From NCBI RefSeq assembly GCF_020745735.1, contig NC_083420.1, forward strand, positions 23,994,001 to 24,058,000: DNA of 64,000 nucleotides, given 5' to 3'. The position numbers and the translations under genes were made by a program. This document shows, piece after piece, positions 25,831-39,637 of the stretch (position 1 is the stretch's first letter; every line of letters begins with the position of its first letter). The DNA is from Hemiscyllium ocellatum (Eukaryota). The notes beneath the pieces were generated by a model, which worked only from the letters and a program-made list of their open reading frames with translations, did no database searches and had not been told where the DNA came from.

Positions 25831-26211
25831 CCATATTCCAATATGTTTGTTGATGAAGTTTTGCAAATACAGCTTGTTCAGGAAATACAAGTTTGAGACA
25901 ACTTTTCAGTCACTCTTTCAAAACAATAATTAGGTTTCAATCTGAACTCAATAAGAGGGTTTTCTTTTCAGAAACTGAAAAAACTATGAATGCTATAAAC
26001 ATTTTGATTCTGGTGACCCTTCCTCAGAATTGATCGTACCTAGGAAAATGTCGGTTTTATGCAGAAACAGGTAGCAGAAAGGGTAAGGAGTAAAGCCCAG
26101 AGAGAGAAAGAAAAAGTTAGACAAAGGAATGGAAAATGATCTGATTGGGAGAGTGAATAGCTGTTAATAGAAACTGTTAGTGGCTAACAATGGGTTGTGT
26201 AATAGCAACTA

Positions 26212-28310
26212 GGCGAAAGTGAATATTGCAGATGCTGGAGATTAAAGTCAAGAGTGTCAGGCAGCATCCAAGGAGCAGGAAAATATTTGTTTCAGGGAAA
26301 AGCCCTTCAGGCGAAACACCTTCCTGGACCTCTCCATCTCCATCAACAGTGACCAACTCAACACTGACATTTTCTACAAACCCACTGACTCCCACCGGGC
26401 CTCCTGCAAAGATGTTATTCCTTATTCCCAATTCCTCTGCCTCTGCCGCATCTGCTCCCAGGAAGGCCAGTTCCACCATAGAACAGACCAAATGACCTCC
26501 TTCTTTAAAGACCACAATTTACTCTCACACATTGTTATTGGTCATGTTGCAAGATCCAAAGATATTGGAGTGCTATAGCAAGGGAGTTAAAGGACATTCT
26601 GGGGATTGAAATTAACATGGATCCAGTAATTCTTTTGGGGTTGCCAAATTTGCCCTCTCTGGCGAAACATGGGAAGAAACTGTGTCATATCCTTACCCAT
26701 TGCGTAAGGAAGAACATTCTACTGAATGGGACGTCAGAAAAACCACCAGGTCTTATGGGGTGGCGTAAGCTGGTGATGGAGCATCTCCGCCAAGATTACC
26801 TCACAAATATGGTGCACCACAAAGCAGAGCAGTTTTATAAAATGTGGCAGCCCTTTTAAAATTATATTGAAGCTGACTTGTTGGAAATATTAGTCAGGGC
26901 CGTGGAATAGCCGTGGGAATCTTTATGGGCACCCATGGGGCCCCAGGAGGAGGAGACAGGAAGGAAAAGAATATGGGTGCGGTAGGGGGCACTTCCAGGG
27001 ATGGGAGCCTCAGTGGAGATGTGATGAGTAAGATAAATTAAATTATATCTCACTACTTTATTCTATTTGAATATAGTTTAAGTTAGTATTTATTTAATAT
27101 GTTTGTAGTTTAGTTTTAGTTAAGTAGATATATTTGTTTTGGTAGAATAGTGGGTTGTTTATTAACAATGGTACAATGCTATGGCCTTGTTCTTTGTATT
27201 TTTTTCTGTTTTGATTGTGTCATTCTTTTTCTTTACATTAAAATATTTAACAAAACATTTATAAAAGCTTTTTATTAAAATTATTTATTAAAAATGACCA
27301 CAATTCCCCCCCCCCCACCAGCATGTTTGATGCCCTCCAACACATTTCATCACTTCCTGCATCTCTGCCCTCGAACCGCACCCCTCCAACCACAACAAGG
27401 ACAGAACCCCGGTCCTCACCTTCCACCCCACCAACTTCTGTATACATTGCATCATTGTCTGCCATTTCCACCACCTCCAAATGGACCCCACCAGAGATAT
27501 ATTTTCCTCCCCGCCCCTATCCGCTTTCCTTAAGGACCGTCCCATCCACAACTACCTTCGTTAGGTCCATGCCACCCAACAATCCACCCTCCCATCCCGG
27601 CACCTTCCCTTACCACCGCAGGAATTGCAAAACCTGCGCCCAAACCTTCCCCCTCACACCCGTCCAAGGCCCCACAGGAGCCTTCCACATACATCAAAAT
27701 TTCAACTGCATTTCCACACGTCATTTACTGTATATGTTGCTCCTGATGCGGTCTCCTCTGCACTGAGGAGACAGGATGTCTACTCGCAAAGTGTTTTAGA
27801 GAACATCTCTGAAATACCTGCACCAAGCAACCCCACCACCCCGTGGCCGAACATTTTAAATCTCCCTCCCACTCTGTTGATGACATGTAGATCCTGGGCC
27901 TCCTCCATCGCCATTCCTTTACCACCCAATGCCTGGAGGAAGAACACCTCATCTTCTGCCTTGGGACCCATCAACCCCATGGCATTAATGTGGATTTCAC
28001 CAGTTTCCTCATTTCCCCTCCCCCCACCTTATCCCAGTTCAAACCTTCCAGCTCAGACCTGTCCCACCTGCCCATCTTCCTTCCCACCTATCCACTACAC
28101 CCTCCCCTTCGACCTATCACTATTACCCCCATCTCCATCCACCTATTGGACTCTTAGCTACCTTCCCACCAAACCCACCCCCTTCCTATTTATCTCGCCA
28201 CCCCCAAGGCACCCAGCCTCATACCTATGAAGGGCCTTGGCCAGAAACGTCGATTTTTCTGCTCCTTAGATGCTGCCTGACCTGTGCTTTTCCAGCACCA
28301 CACGCTTGTA
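26212..28310 (+). mobile_element. Penelope-like element fragment with 5' inverted pLTR
   Basis: FLDLSIS...FYKPTDSH RT thumb, decayed endonuclease and pLTR; flanked by TGTAATAGCA(G)ACTA. Confidence 0.8.
26535..27295 (+). mobile_element. L1/Tx1-type LINE 3' end nested in the Penelope copy
   Basis: KPP...W...FYKMWQPF C-terminal motif, T-rich 3' UTR, A-rich tail. Confidence 0.6.
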
Positions 28311-28905
28311 TGTAATAGCAGACTATGTGATAACAAAGCCTGCTGTGTGGGGCTGGGGGCTAGGACATAGGACATAGGAGAATTCAAGCCTAAAGTCAAC
28401 AGACGTGAAACATTACCTCTGTTTTCTCTTCACAGACGTTGATAGACCTGCTGAGCTTTTACAGCAACTTCTTTTTTTTGTTCATAACTGGGTTTGTTCC
28501 AATTTAGCTTTTCATTAGGCCTTCCTCCAACTCAGCTGGTTCCCAGCAGACTTTGCTCCAAATCAGCTTTTTATTAGCAGGCATTTCTTCAATTGAAAAA
28601 GTAAATAAGAACCAGTCCAAGCTACTCATTGTCTAATAGTAGCCCAGTGGGTGCCTACAGCAAAGCAGTCATCACCAGTCATGAATGTGCTACCCATGAT
28701 TTATAGGAATCGATGTTTCACAATCCTTCAAAACTTAAGTTCTCTAAACTATATTAGACGTAAAGCACCTTCACAACAATAATTTCCTATACTTGGTGTG
28801 CAAATGATGTAATGGCAGGGTGGAGGAAGATCTGGACAGTGTTCATTTCTGTCAGTCTGTTCCATTCTCCTTTGATTTTTCTTGCTCGTTTATGTTTGCA
28901 AATAG

Positions 28906-29083
28906 GAGACATCCTGGTTAAAATTGGCAGCAAAAATGTCCTTGGCCACAATCTGCGGGAATTGCGCCGCCTTGTGGGCGAAATTCCAGTGGGAACACAG
29001 CTACAACTTACTGTGTACAGAAATTATAAAGACCTCCCGGACAACTGGGAAATGCGGACAGAAACTATACATTCAAACAAGAG
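28906..29083 (+). CDS. PDZD9: PDZD9 exon 3 (PDZ C-half)
   Basis: GDILVKIGSKNVLGHNLRELRRLVGEIPVGTQLQLTVYR resembles PDZD9 GDVLISVGHANVLGYTLRE; ATAG| and GAG|GTATG; phases fit. Confidence 0.9.
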
Positions 29084-30785
29084 GTATGCTTAAATGTTTA
29101 ATGGTTCAGTTTCTGGGCTAAACTATATTAAATATTAGGAACAAGTACAGAGCAAGAGCAAACTGTTTTATCAGCCTTTCGCTCATGAAGCATACTCCAT
29201 TATTTGATGAGGTTATGACTGATCTAATTGTGGCCTTAGCTCCACTTTTAAAAACAAAAGTCATTGACGGGATCTGAATGACACTGACTAGGCCAGATCC
29301 TATTGCCCAACCAGATGGTGAGCTGCCTTCTTGAACTGCTGCAACCCTTGGGGCATATGGATACCCATAGTGCTGAAAGGTGGGGGAATTCCAGGACTTC
29401 GAATCAATGACAGTGAAGGAACAGCAATAAGTTCCAAGTCAGCAAGGTATGTAGGTTGGAGGAAAACTTGCAGCAAGTGTTTTCCTGCATCTCAGCCCTT
29501 GACCTTTTAGATAGTAGAGGTCACAGGTTTGGAAGACACTGTGCATCTTGTATTGGTATGCTGCTGCCTGTGTGTCAGTAGTGAAAGGACTGAATGTTTA
29601 AGATGGTAGTTGGGGTGCCAGTCATATAAACAACCCTTAACTCCCTCAGCTTTGAATGTATACAACAAACCAGCATCCACAATTCACTGAAGAGAATGCT
29701 ACCAAAGAACTAATGACCTTCTGAGCAAAAAAAAGAGATTCCACATCTCTTACCTTAAATAAAATCGAAACAGTGTCCGTATCTGGTTCTCCACTTTCCT
29801 ATAAGAAATATCATTCCGGCATCTCCCTTGGTAAACCCAACATAATCTTGTGTTTCAGTATGATGACCTCAGTCTTCTTGCATGTAGCCTCAATGAGGTG
29901 TAATGTGTTAAGTAGGACTATATGAAGTATTGGAGCAGGAAAGTGATCTTGGAGTCATTAAGCCAGCATAATATTCCCAGGCTGGTATGAGTAAACAAAA
30001 TATTGGGACACAAAAAAATGTTAAACTTGGTTTGTTTTACCGTTAAAAGTACTATATTATTACAAACTCAATACTGTGACCGCTGGAAATCTGATGCAAG
30101 AAAAAGCAAATTGGACAGCATTTGTGCAAACAGAGATAATGTTTCAAGTCATTTTAATTCTCCATCTTGCTCCCTTGCTGACCTTTCAGTCCATGTTTGC
30201 TAGTCTTCTAGTAAAATTCAAGTTTGAAGAGCAACACCTTATCTTTCAACCTGCCACACTGTTACCTTCTACATTCAACAATTTTTGATCATATCCCCAG
30301 CTTCCATTTTGTTCTTTTTTCCCTTCTTATTTTGTTGCAATGATCTTCATCTTGTTTCCTTACTCCTTCATGTTGCATTCAAATGGCTTTTATTGTAACA
30401 ACCCATGCCTCATTTAAATATAACTTTTGTTTCTCTACTCCATCCATCTTTTACATTTCTATCTATCTTTCTTCAGTTAAGATAGTTCATTGACATGAAA
30501 CATTAATTTTCCTTTATTTCCATATACCGTGGCTGACCTGCTGAGTTTTGCCAGCTACTTTTCTAGTATTAATCTAAATATGAAATAAATTGTTGTATTT
30601 GCTCCTAGTGATACAACATCTGAAGTACTTTTTGAACTTCACCTATTTTAGAAAGGATATTGAGTTTTGAATGGGTACAAAAAAAATGCAGCAATCACAA
30701 TACATTAAAGGAATGGCATACAATAGAAAGACTACACTGGGTCTTTTCTCACTTGAAAAATCAAAAACCTATATCCCCTCAATGT

Positions 30786-31526
30786 TGTTATAAAACAACA
30801 GTGAACCCTTCTGTTAATTAAACCAAACACCCAGAAAAGCTCACCTCGCCTCAATCTGTTAAAAGTATGAGTGACAGAGCTCCCAAATTCCACTAAAGAA
30901 AATAATCTCAATTTACTCCTTAAAAGTTAACAGTACACAACAACTATTTACAACTCTAAGCCTCCTTTCTCTAAAAAAAAGTGTTTGATATCTGCCTCCA
31001 ACTCTATAACAATATACTGTTCCCATAAAAAACCCATATTAAAATTACATCAACATGATTTCAAAACCACACAGCATCTCCAGTGTCCTCCTCCTTTCAG
31101 CAGAAGATTTCCCTGGATTGCCTTTGGTCTTTTACTGCAAAGATGTTTCGTATGAGAAAAATACCTTTGACAGAGAAAAAAAGTGTTTTTAAATGGCAGT
31201 CTCTTTCTGTCTAACTTTCAAAATGCCTGCTTCTTTACACTCGGAACATTGGATCATCTCATTGGTTAGAGGTCGGCAAAAACAATAAATTCAAAATTGA
31301 CTGGGTTTTAGTATCCTGGGGCATAATTTAAACTGATTGACAACAATTGGAATTTAACCAAAATAGCAACCAAAATTAAAGGTATCTGTTTCACAGCCAA
31401 ATGTTAGATAGTTTCAATTTTCAAGTAGAGATTGTTAGGTAGTTATATGACAGGTTATATAGAAGCTCTCAGTGCAAAACATCATTCACTCTCAAAGCTA
31501 TAGTATATGCCTTCAACTTCATAACA
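30786..31526. mobile_element. Possible solo LTR
   Basis: Bounded by TGTTAT...ATAACA inverted ends; no clear TSD. Confidence 0.4.
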
Positions 31527-31668
31527 CAAGTTTTTACAATTATAAAAGATTTAGTTTTGCTTTTAAACAGAGACTACAGTTCAATACTACTTCATGAGGT
31601 GTAAAGCATTGTGGAAAATTGAGGTTTTGAAAGTTGTAAAAATGCAAGCCTTTCTTTTCTTTCTCTAG

Positions 31669-32419
31669 CATTCGATTCAGCAGTGAGGAAGATGACTGGT
31701 TAAGCAGCAGTGAAGACGATGACAATGATGAACACACTAAAATAAAGTTCAAGAACTTTAAGCCCCTTTCCTTATTTTGGCATGACACAGGTATATACAT
31801 ACCACCCATCTCCAGAGCATGGCATGCACCAAAGAAGAATCAGAACATACTCCTGGTTGGCCCTCATGTTGGTTGTGATGTAGTGATCCACAAGGCTTTT
31901 GACGATGATGTCATATCCAATGATGATGAGGAGGAGGAGGTCATCCCTAATCTTCAATACCTGTGGTCTGCAGAGTCAGATACCACAAGCACCACATCGT
32001 CCTCTTCATCGTCCACAGACTCGCTCTGGATCCAATATCTACAAATTACAGGCTCCAATGACGACAAGAGTTCTTTGCGTAATTCACCCCAACAGGGTCC
32101 CAGTCCACATTCAAAGCAACCCCTTGAAGTAAAAAGCCTAGAATTTGAAGACATAGAAACCACTGAATCTACAACCAATACAACTACCGTAGAGAGTAGT
32201 GTAAGTTCCAGCTCCGAATCCCCGTCACAGAATTCCAAAAGTGGATTATTGAACACTCCTACACGGTCCAACGACACAGACTCAGAAAATTCTACTTCAA
32301 CAGAGGGTCAGATGACAGGATCTTGCAGTTCGGACACAATCATTGACAACACTCACCTACGAAGAGACTATTGTATTTCAAGATGGCTAAATAACACTTT
32401 CTGTAGAGACAAAATTTAG
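31669..32419 (+). CDS. PDZD9: PDZD9 last coding exon
   Basis: Strong pyrimidine tract + TAG|; open to TAG at 32419; ISRAWH...VGPHVGCDVVIH resembles PDZD9 ISREWH...VGKDINCDVMIH. Confidence 0.85.
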
Positions 32420-33239
32420 AGCACAGAAATTGGTTTAAAGTGACTCTATGCGCCACACGGATCAGCTCCAATTCCTCTATCTAATCCTGTCAATATATCC
32501 TTCTAATCCTTTCTTCACAGTTATTTAATAACTCTTAAATGTACCTATACTATTTGCCTAAACCAGTCCACAGCAAGTTCCAATTCCTTTCCATTGTCTG
32601 GCTGAAGAGGTTTCTCCTAAATTTCTTAGATTTATGAGTGACTCTTTTACATTTATTGTCTAATTCTAGTCTCCCCTACAAGATGAAACAGTTTTCTCAG
32701 CCTTCTATTTTCCTAGCCCATTCAATACTGATGTTTCAGTATCATCTTTCTTCATTTTCTCAAAATCATTGTTGTAACTTGGAGACAAAAACTGTGCAAA
32801 TGTGGTCTAAAACAAAGTTCTATGTTAGTGCAAAATAACCTCACTGCCTTTGAATTTTATTCCTTTAGAAATGAACCCAGCTGCTTTGTTGAATTTTTTT
32901 GCCCTTGTTAACCTTCCCATTTGCTTCCCAACATGGATTAAGATCAACTCTCTCTTGGATGCTGGGTGACTTTTAGCAGAATGCAGACAATTGCACCAAG
33001 CAGATTAGAACTTTGCCCAGCTGATAGCAGGAAGCACACCCCTTCACCGCCATACAGTGCTAGCATCAAGTTTAAAGAATGAGTTGTATTCAGCGGAAAA
33101 CAGGATATACTGTTAAACATGGAAATTCTTGGTTTGTTGACAAAAAAAGTTGCAGACTGAAGTGTCAGTACTACTTATAACGATTCTTCAAATATTAGAA
33201 TTTACAAGTTTCTTCCCTCCTGTGAACAATTAGCATGTG

Positions 33240-33245
33240 AATAAA
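33240..33245 (+). terminator. Candidate PDZD9 poly(A) signal
   Basis: AATAAA on plus strand ~820 nt after the stop. Confidence 0.5.
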
Positions 33246-33280
33246 GAATGATGAGCTTGTTCCCAAGGGCCATGATATAT

Positions 33281-33286
33281 TTTATT
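33281..33286 (-). terminator. Candidate UQCRC2 poly(A) signal
   Basis: AATAAA on minus strand ~54 nt after the stop. Confidence 0.6.
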
Positions 33287-33339
33287 AATAGTAACAATGT
33301 CAATACAGGTCTCACGTTTGGGTCATTTAAAGACTAAAT

Positions 33340-33423
33340 TTACAGTTCATCAAGAAAAGGTGTGTTAGACAAATTGCCACTGGCCGCCATAGACTTCTTA
33401 CCAGAAACAAACTTCTTTGCAGC
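33340..33423 (-). CDS. UQCRC2: UQCRC2 exon 14
   Basis: [27 protein letters not shown]; 84 nt. Confidence 0.96.
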   Translation of the reverse strand, partial: AAKKFVSGKKSMAASGNLSNTPFLDEL

Positions 33424-35345
33424 CTGTAAAGCAAAAAGAGAACGTATTAGGCACTTGTAGCTGAGGAGGATACCACATCACAAGTCTGCTCGCAAGGTCC
33501 CCTCTGGAATAAGTTTCTTAAATAACAATTTCAAAATCCGACACCAACTCTTTCCAAATTTAACCTTGCTGAAAAGTTGAAGATGTTTTGTTATTTTTAA
33601 AGGCACCATATAGTGTGCAAATTGTTGTTGAATGAGTTAAATATTTTCTTTTTATTTGCTATCAGTGATAGTTTGAGGTATGAATGCCTACATCACTCTC
33701 CAGAGCCCAGTGACCCTACTCCCAAATATCCACTGTTCAAACTGTGGTGTGCAGGACAGAAATTGAACCGCAACCCCCTGCAATAATAAAGCACCATTAT
33801 ACACCACATACAGTTATAATCCCCATAGAGATCAATGACTTCTTAAAAATTATCAGCAGAAGAAAACTGATGCAGACAAAATGTCCCTTTTTAAATTTCT
33901 GTAACAAGCCAATTGAAGTCAACATAATTTAAACATGAACAAAATATTTTTAAAAAGATAAGTTGCATTTTAATGCAAAGATACATCAAGCATTCCTATT
34001 ACTTGCTGTACAAATGTGGCATCACGTGGTCAGTCTTTTCAACTCAGCCTATCAAGCAGGATCTTTTGCTTCCCAGTCAATTGATTTGAACCTTTAATCA
34101 CAGCAGCCATTTTCTTTCCATCTAAAGACTCTATATATGGTGAACACCAACAAAGTGTATATGTGGAAACCCACTCTCAGGTCACTGCTGTCCTGATGGT
34201 AAAGAATCTCAGAACCATCTTTCCCCAACCTCTTCAAACAGTCTGGTAGGCTCTGGTGACATGAAAGAGCAGCAATGGCCCAATCTGCAATCCTTTGCTC
34301 TTGCAGCCTTCAGTTATCTATCCTTTCTAACACGGTGATACAGTCTTCCCTCTGTTTTCAAAGATCAGGTTCAACACAAGAATCTGTACTGAACTGCCAA
34401 ACAGAAAACTAATCCATCTGTGGAGAATCTTGCTTGCTTCCCCTATCACCAATCCTTGGCACTCCAAGCTATGTGCAATGAAAGATATGCTGAAATATGA
34501 CACCACTACAATTAAATTTCTATTTAGCCTTTGCTTTTTAGTTTTTTTTACCTCATGGCATCCTCAGGTTACATGGGCATTTCTTGGAATGCAACGATAT
34601 CATAGTCAGGAGTCTAATTTCCCCTCTTTCAGAATTTTCCCCAGTTCACCTCTGTCTCAAAAGGAGACATCACAAATAAAATATAGGCTTTTCCAAAAGC
34701 ATGTGGGCCAGAGGACACACTAATCCAGCAATCTCAAAACATAAGAGAATGTCTGAGTGACCCCTACAAGTCAAAAGGAGTGGAACAGTCAGAAAGGTGT
34801 GGCTTTATATATCTATGCTTAGTCTGCTAATTTCTTGAAGATACAGTAATATAATGTTGGCTCATGCCCATCCTAAGATTACAACCTTCACTGGATATTA
34901 GGACTCTGCTCTTGATCTATTTGGGAAGTTGCGTGCGCCCAGGTAGGGGATTAAAAAATAAAAAAGTGATGAACTAAGTCTCAAAAACCCGTAACACAAT
35001 CGCCATCAAAAAGACTCACCAGGGCAGCAAACGATGGGCAATGATGCCCATGCATCCCACAGACTGAAATATTTCAGCTTGGACCTGGGCTTTTGTGACA
35101 GGGGCCCTAAGCTTTTGAACTGCTTGGAGGTGTATGTGGGTCTGAGCAGGGGATGAAAGTGGGGAATTCAGGACCAAAATATAATGCTTACCCTGCTCCT
35201 TCCTCAAGCTTAAGTTATCTGCCAACATCCTATCAACATGCATAGACTGGTATTCAGTGCCAACATTTGGGAAACTGGAGATGGAAAATGACTCCAGCCA
35301 TAACAGAATATGAGAATACTTACGGTTAGGAAAAACATTACTTAC

Positions 35346-35499
35346 ATTCACTACATCATTAACAGACACCGAGTCAACTTGCTGAACCAGGTCAGGTGTG
35401 GGCACATAAGCACCAGTTAGCAATACTTGAGAGCCAATCTCATCCAGCAGTCCATCAGATGTTTCAACAGTCATCAAGCACTTGGCTTTTAGTTGTTTT
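35346..35499 (-). CDS. UQCRC2: UQCRC2 exon 13
   Basis: KQLKAKCLMTVETSDGLLDEIGSQ...VSVNDVVN; 154 nt, AG/GT. Confidence 0.96.
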
Positions 35500-36264
35500 C
35501 TGCAAAAATAAAAATTAATGTTCATGAAAACTGCACTGTGACAGGAAGAAACATTCAATCTGAGAATTTTAATTTAGTTGATTGGATGTTCACCAGATAT
35601 AGCTACAAAATACATCCATACAATGTAATCTCTGCTCTGTAACAACTTGAATTAGCAGCAGTCAAAATCTGTAAAATCACTGGCAGAAGGGTTGATAAAC
35701 ATGATAATACAGATTCCAAGTAACCAGAAAACAAACCAGGGAAGGAAGCAAGATTATTTGTTTTTAAATAGGAATTGTGATGATGTGGAATTTGTCGCCT
35801 GAACCAGGGGTTCAACTAGATTGGATAGTAACTTCAAACAGGGAAGTGGAAATATACTTAAATAGGAAAATCTGCACAGAGCTACAGTGGACATAGAAAT
35901 TAACTGGAAAACTCGACAAATGTTGGCAAAGGCACAATGTACTGAATGGCCTCCTTCTGTGCTGTGCAATTCCATAATTTAAACTTTTTATCCAACTTAT
36001 TTCTTTCTTCCTTCCCTGATCACCCTATTCTGTCTTGCTGCTATTCACTTATTCCTGGGGTCTCGCTCCACGAGGAATAATTGCTTTCCAGAGATACATC
36101 ATCAAATTGGAACATTAAAATTGGTTTCTGGCCTTGGATGATATCTGACTGAGTATTTCCAGCATTTTCTTTTTACTTGTTGTCCACATCGTTAGATTTA
36201 CTCTCAGTACCCTCAGATGCAACTTTATTAAAGCATTCTGTTGTACGAATGACTGGCAGCTTAC

Positions 36265-36341
36265 TTGGCCCTTGCGATATCAGTCTCAGAGACATTGCCT
36301 TGAGCAACATTCTTAACTTCAGACATTGCAGCCTTGATTAC
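36265..36341 (-). CDS. UQCRC2: UQCRC2 exon 12
   Basis: VIKAAMSEVKNVAQGNVSETDIARA; 77 nt. Confidence 0.95.
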
Positions 36342-37662
36342 CTGCAATTAAAAAAGTTTGTTTTTCATCCAGAAAATTCAAATCAAAGTCAAAAATGTTT
36401 TTGATCATTACGAATCATCCTACTAAAATACCGCTCTTTTAATCAATTGAGTATTGGATTAAAAAGGTTGAAATATCTACCAAACTGCTTAAAGAGAGAA
36501 AAAGCAAATGGAAATTATAATGTTGGTACTAATTAGAAAGTAGACTTGCCCTTAACTTGAAATATGCACTAAGGAGTATAATCCTTCATCAACTTCCTGT
36601 CAGCCTTTTCCTTTACAAATTATGCCCGTAACTGTAATGCAAACTGCTTCTGTAAGGTGTCACCTAGTAATTACACCTTGTCAGTGGTGGTGCTGTAACA
36701 TCTCAGTTAAGTTTGTCAGCCTTCTCTACTGGAATATTCATGCTCCCAATGAGTTCTCTGCAGACCAAATTAGCAACCATATTGTTAAACAAATTACAGA
36801 CTGACATTTATGTCTATCGTTTACAGTCTTGAGATGTCCCAAGATGTTTCATAGCCAATCAAGTAAATAGTAATGTTTTCTATGGGTAATTCAGTTTTAC
36901 AAGAAGATAATGTATTAATTTAAAGTGAGTGAAATCAGAAAACTTTGTTCAAATTATTGGCTTCTCTTTTCACTTACAATAAAGGACCTTACTTTAGTGC
37001 TGCTACTTCTCTGTCCCAACCTTTATCTAAAAATTACACTTAATCCTATGTACAATGCTACAAATAATTAGCTAGCAAATCAAGATTTTGATCATCACTG
37101 ACACTTGAAATTGCAGTTATGTTGAGTACATAAAAAGTTGTTCAGAATTTGCAAAACAGATCATCAGGCCCAACAGGGTTTACGTTCCACGAGTTACTTC
37201 CATTTCTATTGTCCCCTAGTAACATATCTTTTTGTTTCTTTTTCCATTGGGTATTGCAGTGTTTTGCCTGAGACATACAAACTCAGTGAGCATCACATTT
37301 GTTAGTCTTTGAGTAAAGATGATTCTCTTGAATTCCCCATTGGATTTCAGTGATTACACTATATTCATGATCCCTCGCTTTGATCCTGCCTCACAAATGG
37401 ACACATCTTTGTCTGTTCGACTGAATTTCTCTATTCTAAAATACTTCTATCAGACAATCCTCTGCCTTTTCGTTTCTAGGTAAAGAAACCCCCTCCTATT
37501 CAGTCCATCTTGATTTCCCATCCAACAAAATGATACATATCAATTAGTGATCACTGCAGTATTGCTGCAATACCAGCTTCCTTGAACTAAGCAATAGCAG
37601 CTGAGCAATCATTTGAAAGTTGGCAGATTTTGGCAAAAAGGTTTGGCATTGATTATACATAC

Positions 37663-37743
37663 ATCACTTGCTGAATCCACCTGTGAGATGGTGTAAAAAC
37701 CAAACAGTCCAGAATCAGAGTAACTTGCACGGAATGCTGAAAC
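37663..37743 (-). CDS. UQCRC2: UQCRC2 exon 11
   Basis: [27 protein letters not shown]; 81 nt. Confidence 0.96.
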
Positions 37744-37830
37744 CTATTTATAGGAATACAAAATGAAAGTGTTAAAAATAAAAGTAGGTTTGAAATACAA
37801 AATGTAATTTAATGCAGAAGCAAAACTCAC

Positions 37831-38030
37831 ATCAAATAGATCTGCATTTTTCTTCATCACTGCCTGATGCAATTTGCTGGACACATTGCTGCCCCTTTTG
37901 ATGTATGGACCAGCAGCAAGAACATTCTGCAGAACACTGAACGCACAGGCCTCAGGCGTACCAGAGGCTGCACTCTCGGCTACCACAGCAGCATGAACCA
38001 GGTGGTCATTATTTTGAGTACGGATCTCAC
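37831..38030 (-). CDS. UQCRC2: UQCRC2 exon 10
   Basis: [19 protein letters not shown]...FSVLQNVL...LFD; 200 nt. Confidence 0.96.
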
Positions 38031-39541
38031 CTGCAATTAAAGGCCACAGTTTATGCAAAAATGGACTTTATCCTGACTAATTTCCACTTCAGCTAATAAA
38101 ATGGCAGCTTTCATTAGGAAAGGTATGAGTTATTTATAACTAAATGTATTCTCGTGCACACACGAACAGCAAGATATTTCTGTTATACAACTCTTAAAAA
38201 TTCAAATCACACAAGAAACACACAGACATTTGCTAATAAAGGTTAACCTTGAAATGGTTTTGTTTGTTTAATCTGCACTACTTAAATTGGACTTTATTTT
38301 GGCTAGACCATATGTACGTAAAACAACAAAATTAATAGAAAGTACTCATAGCCAAACAAGAATATTTTCTATACTAAAAAAGTATTCATATGGAATTAAT
38401 GCTTCATATTTTTCTTTAGTAACAGTCTAAATTAAAATTTTCAGAAAACTAAATGGAATGAAATGTGCGCAATTTAATTCTCATCCCAGTACTATCACAA
38501 ATCAGTGTCCGAGAGGAGAGAACAATTCTGGGATTATGGTCAGTGTGGATTGGTTGGACCAAAGGGTCTGTGTCTGTGCTGTATGAAAAGAACAGAATGT
38601 TAGTGTGAAATGAAGTGAGAAAAAAACCATGTGGAGTATTGACACTGCTGCAGGCCAGTTGGGTTGAATGATACTTGCTATAGATTGAAAATAAGGGAGC
38701 AATTGAGATCTGTTACTGGGGAACAAAATAGCATTTATAATATATGCCTAACATAGGAAGGTGCTTCATAAGTTTTTAGCCAAACAAAATTTGACACCAA
38801 ACTGAATGTGGAGATATCAAGACAGGGCACCAGGAACTTAGAGAAAAAGATCCGTTTGAGGGAGAAGAGGACTGTGTTGAGGAGAAGACTTTAGAGCTTG
38901 AAGGACCAAATGCTATAACAATATTAATAAGACTGGTTTGTGTTTTTAAAAATGTGAAATTAGTTAATTTCCCTCAAATAGACACTCAACAGCTTAACTG
39001 GGACAAACAGGGACAGAGACAAATATATCACATAGCTCAAAATGCATGAAGGAAAATTACATTGTAACATAATTACCAGTGGGAAGACATAGTATCAACT
39101 TTGTTCACCTAATTAAATGCATGAGCTACATCCTTATCAGTAAAGCTAATACCTTGATAAGACATTTCAAGGCACCAGAGGAAGCGTCCCAGCCTCTAAG
39201 CCAGAGGCTCCAGTTTCAAGTCCCACACCGAAGGTACATTCATAATGTAGCTAGACAAATTGGAATAATCTGCAGGATACTAATCAACATGCCTATGACT
39301 AGCAGCATGAGTGAAGAGACTCCTGGTCAGCCACATTTTATGCAGAGTTATTACAGCCTCTAGTTTCAAACTAAGTTCCAGGAAAATTAAGCTAAGAAAA
39401 CATTGTACATCTTCTCTGTCTTGAAGTGGAAGATCTTAAAAATGACCATATGTTCCAGTTAGTTTCTTAGGAGATGCTGTATGTTGACACAGATATTAAA
39501 CCCAGACCATTTTACCTGTACACATTAGAAACAAAGCTCAC

Positions 39542-39637
39542 CTCCACGGAACTTAGCCGCCACACCAGCTGCACCAGTACCACTCCTCATGTTCAGGTAG
39601 TGTTCACCCACTTGCTTCAACACAGTATGGTTCACAC
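39542..39637 (-). CDS. UQCRC2: UQCRC2 exon 9
   Basis: [31 protein letters not shown]; 96 nt. Confidence 0.95.

Noticed and set aside
35016-35558. 180-aa ORF
   Set aside because: Only 35346-35499 is UQCRC2 exon 13; the rest is intron read-through.
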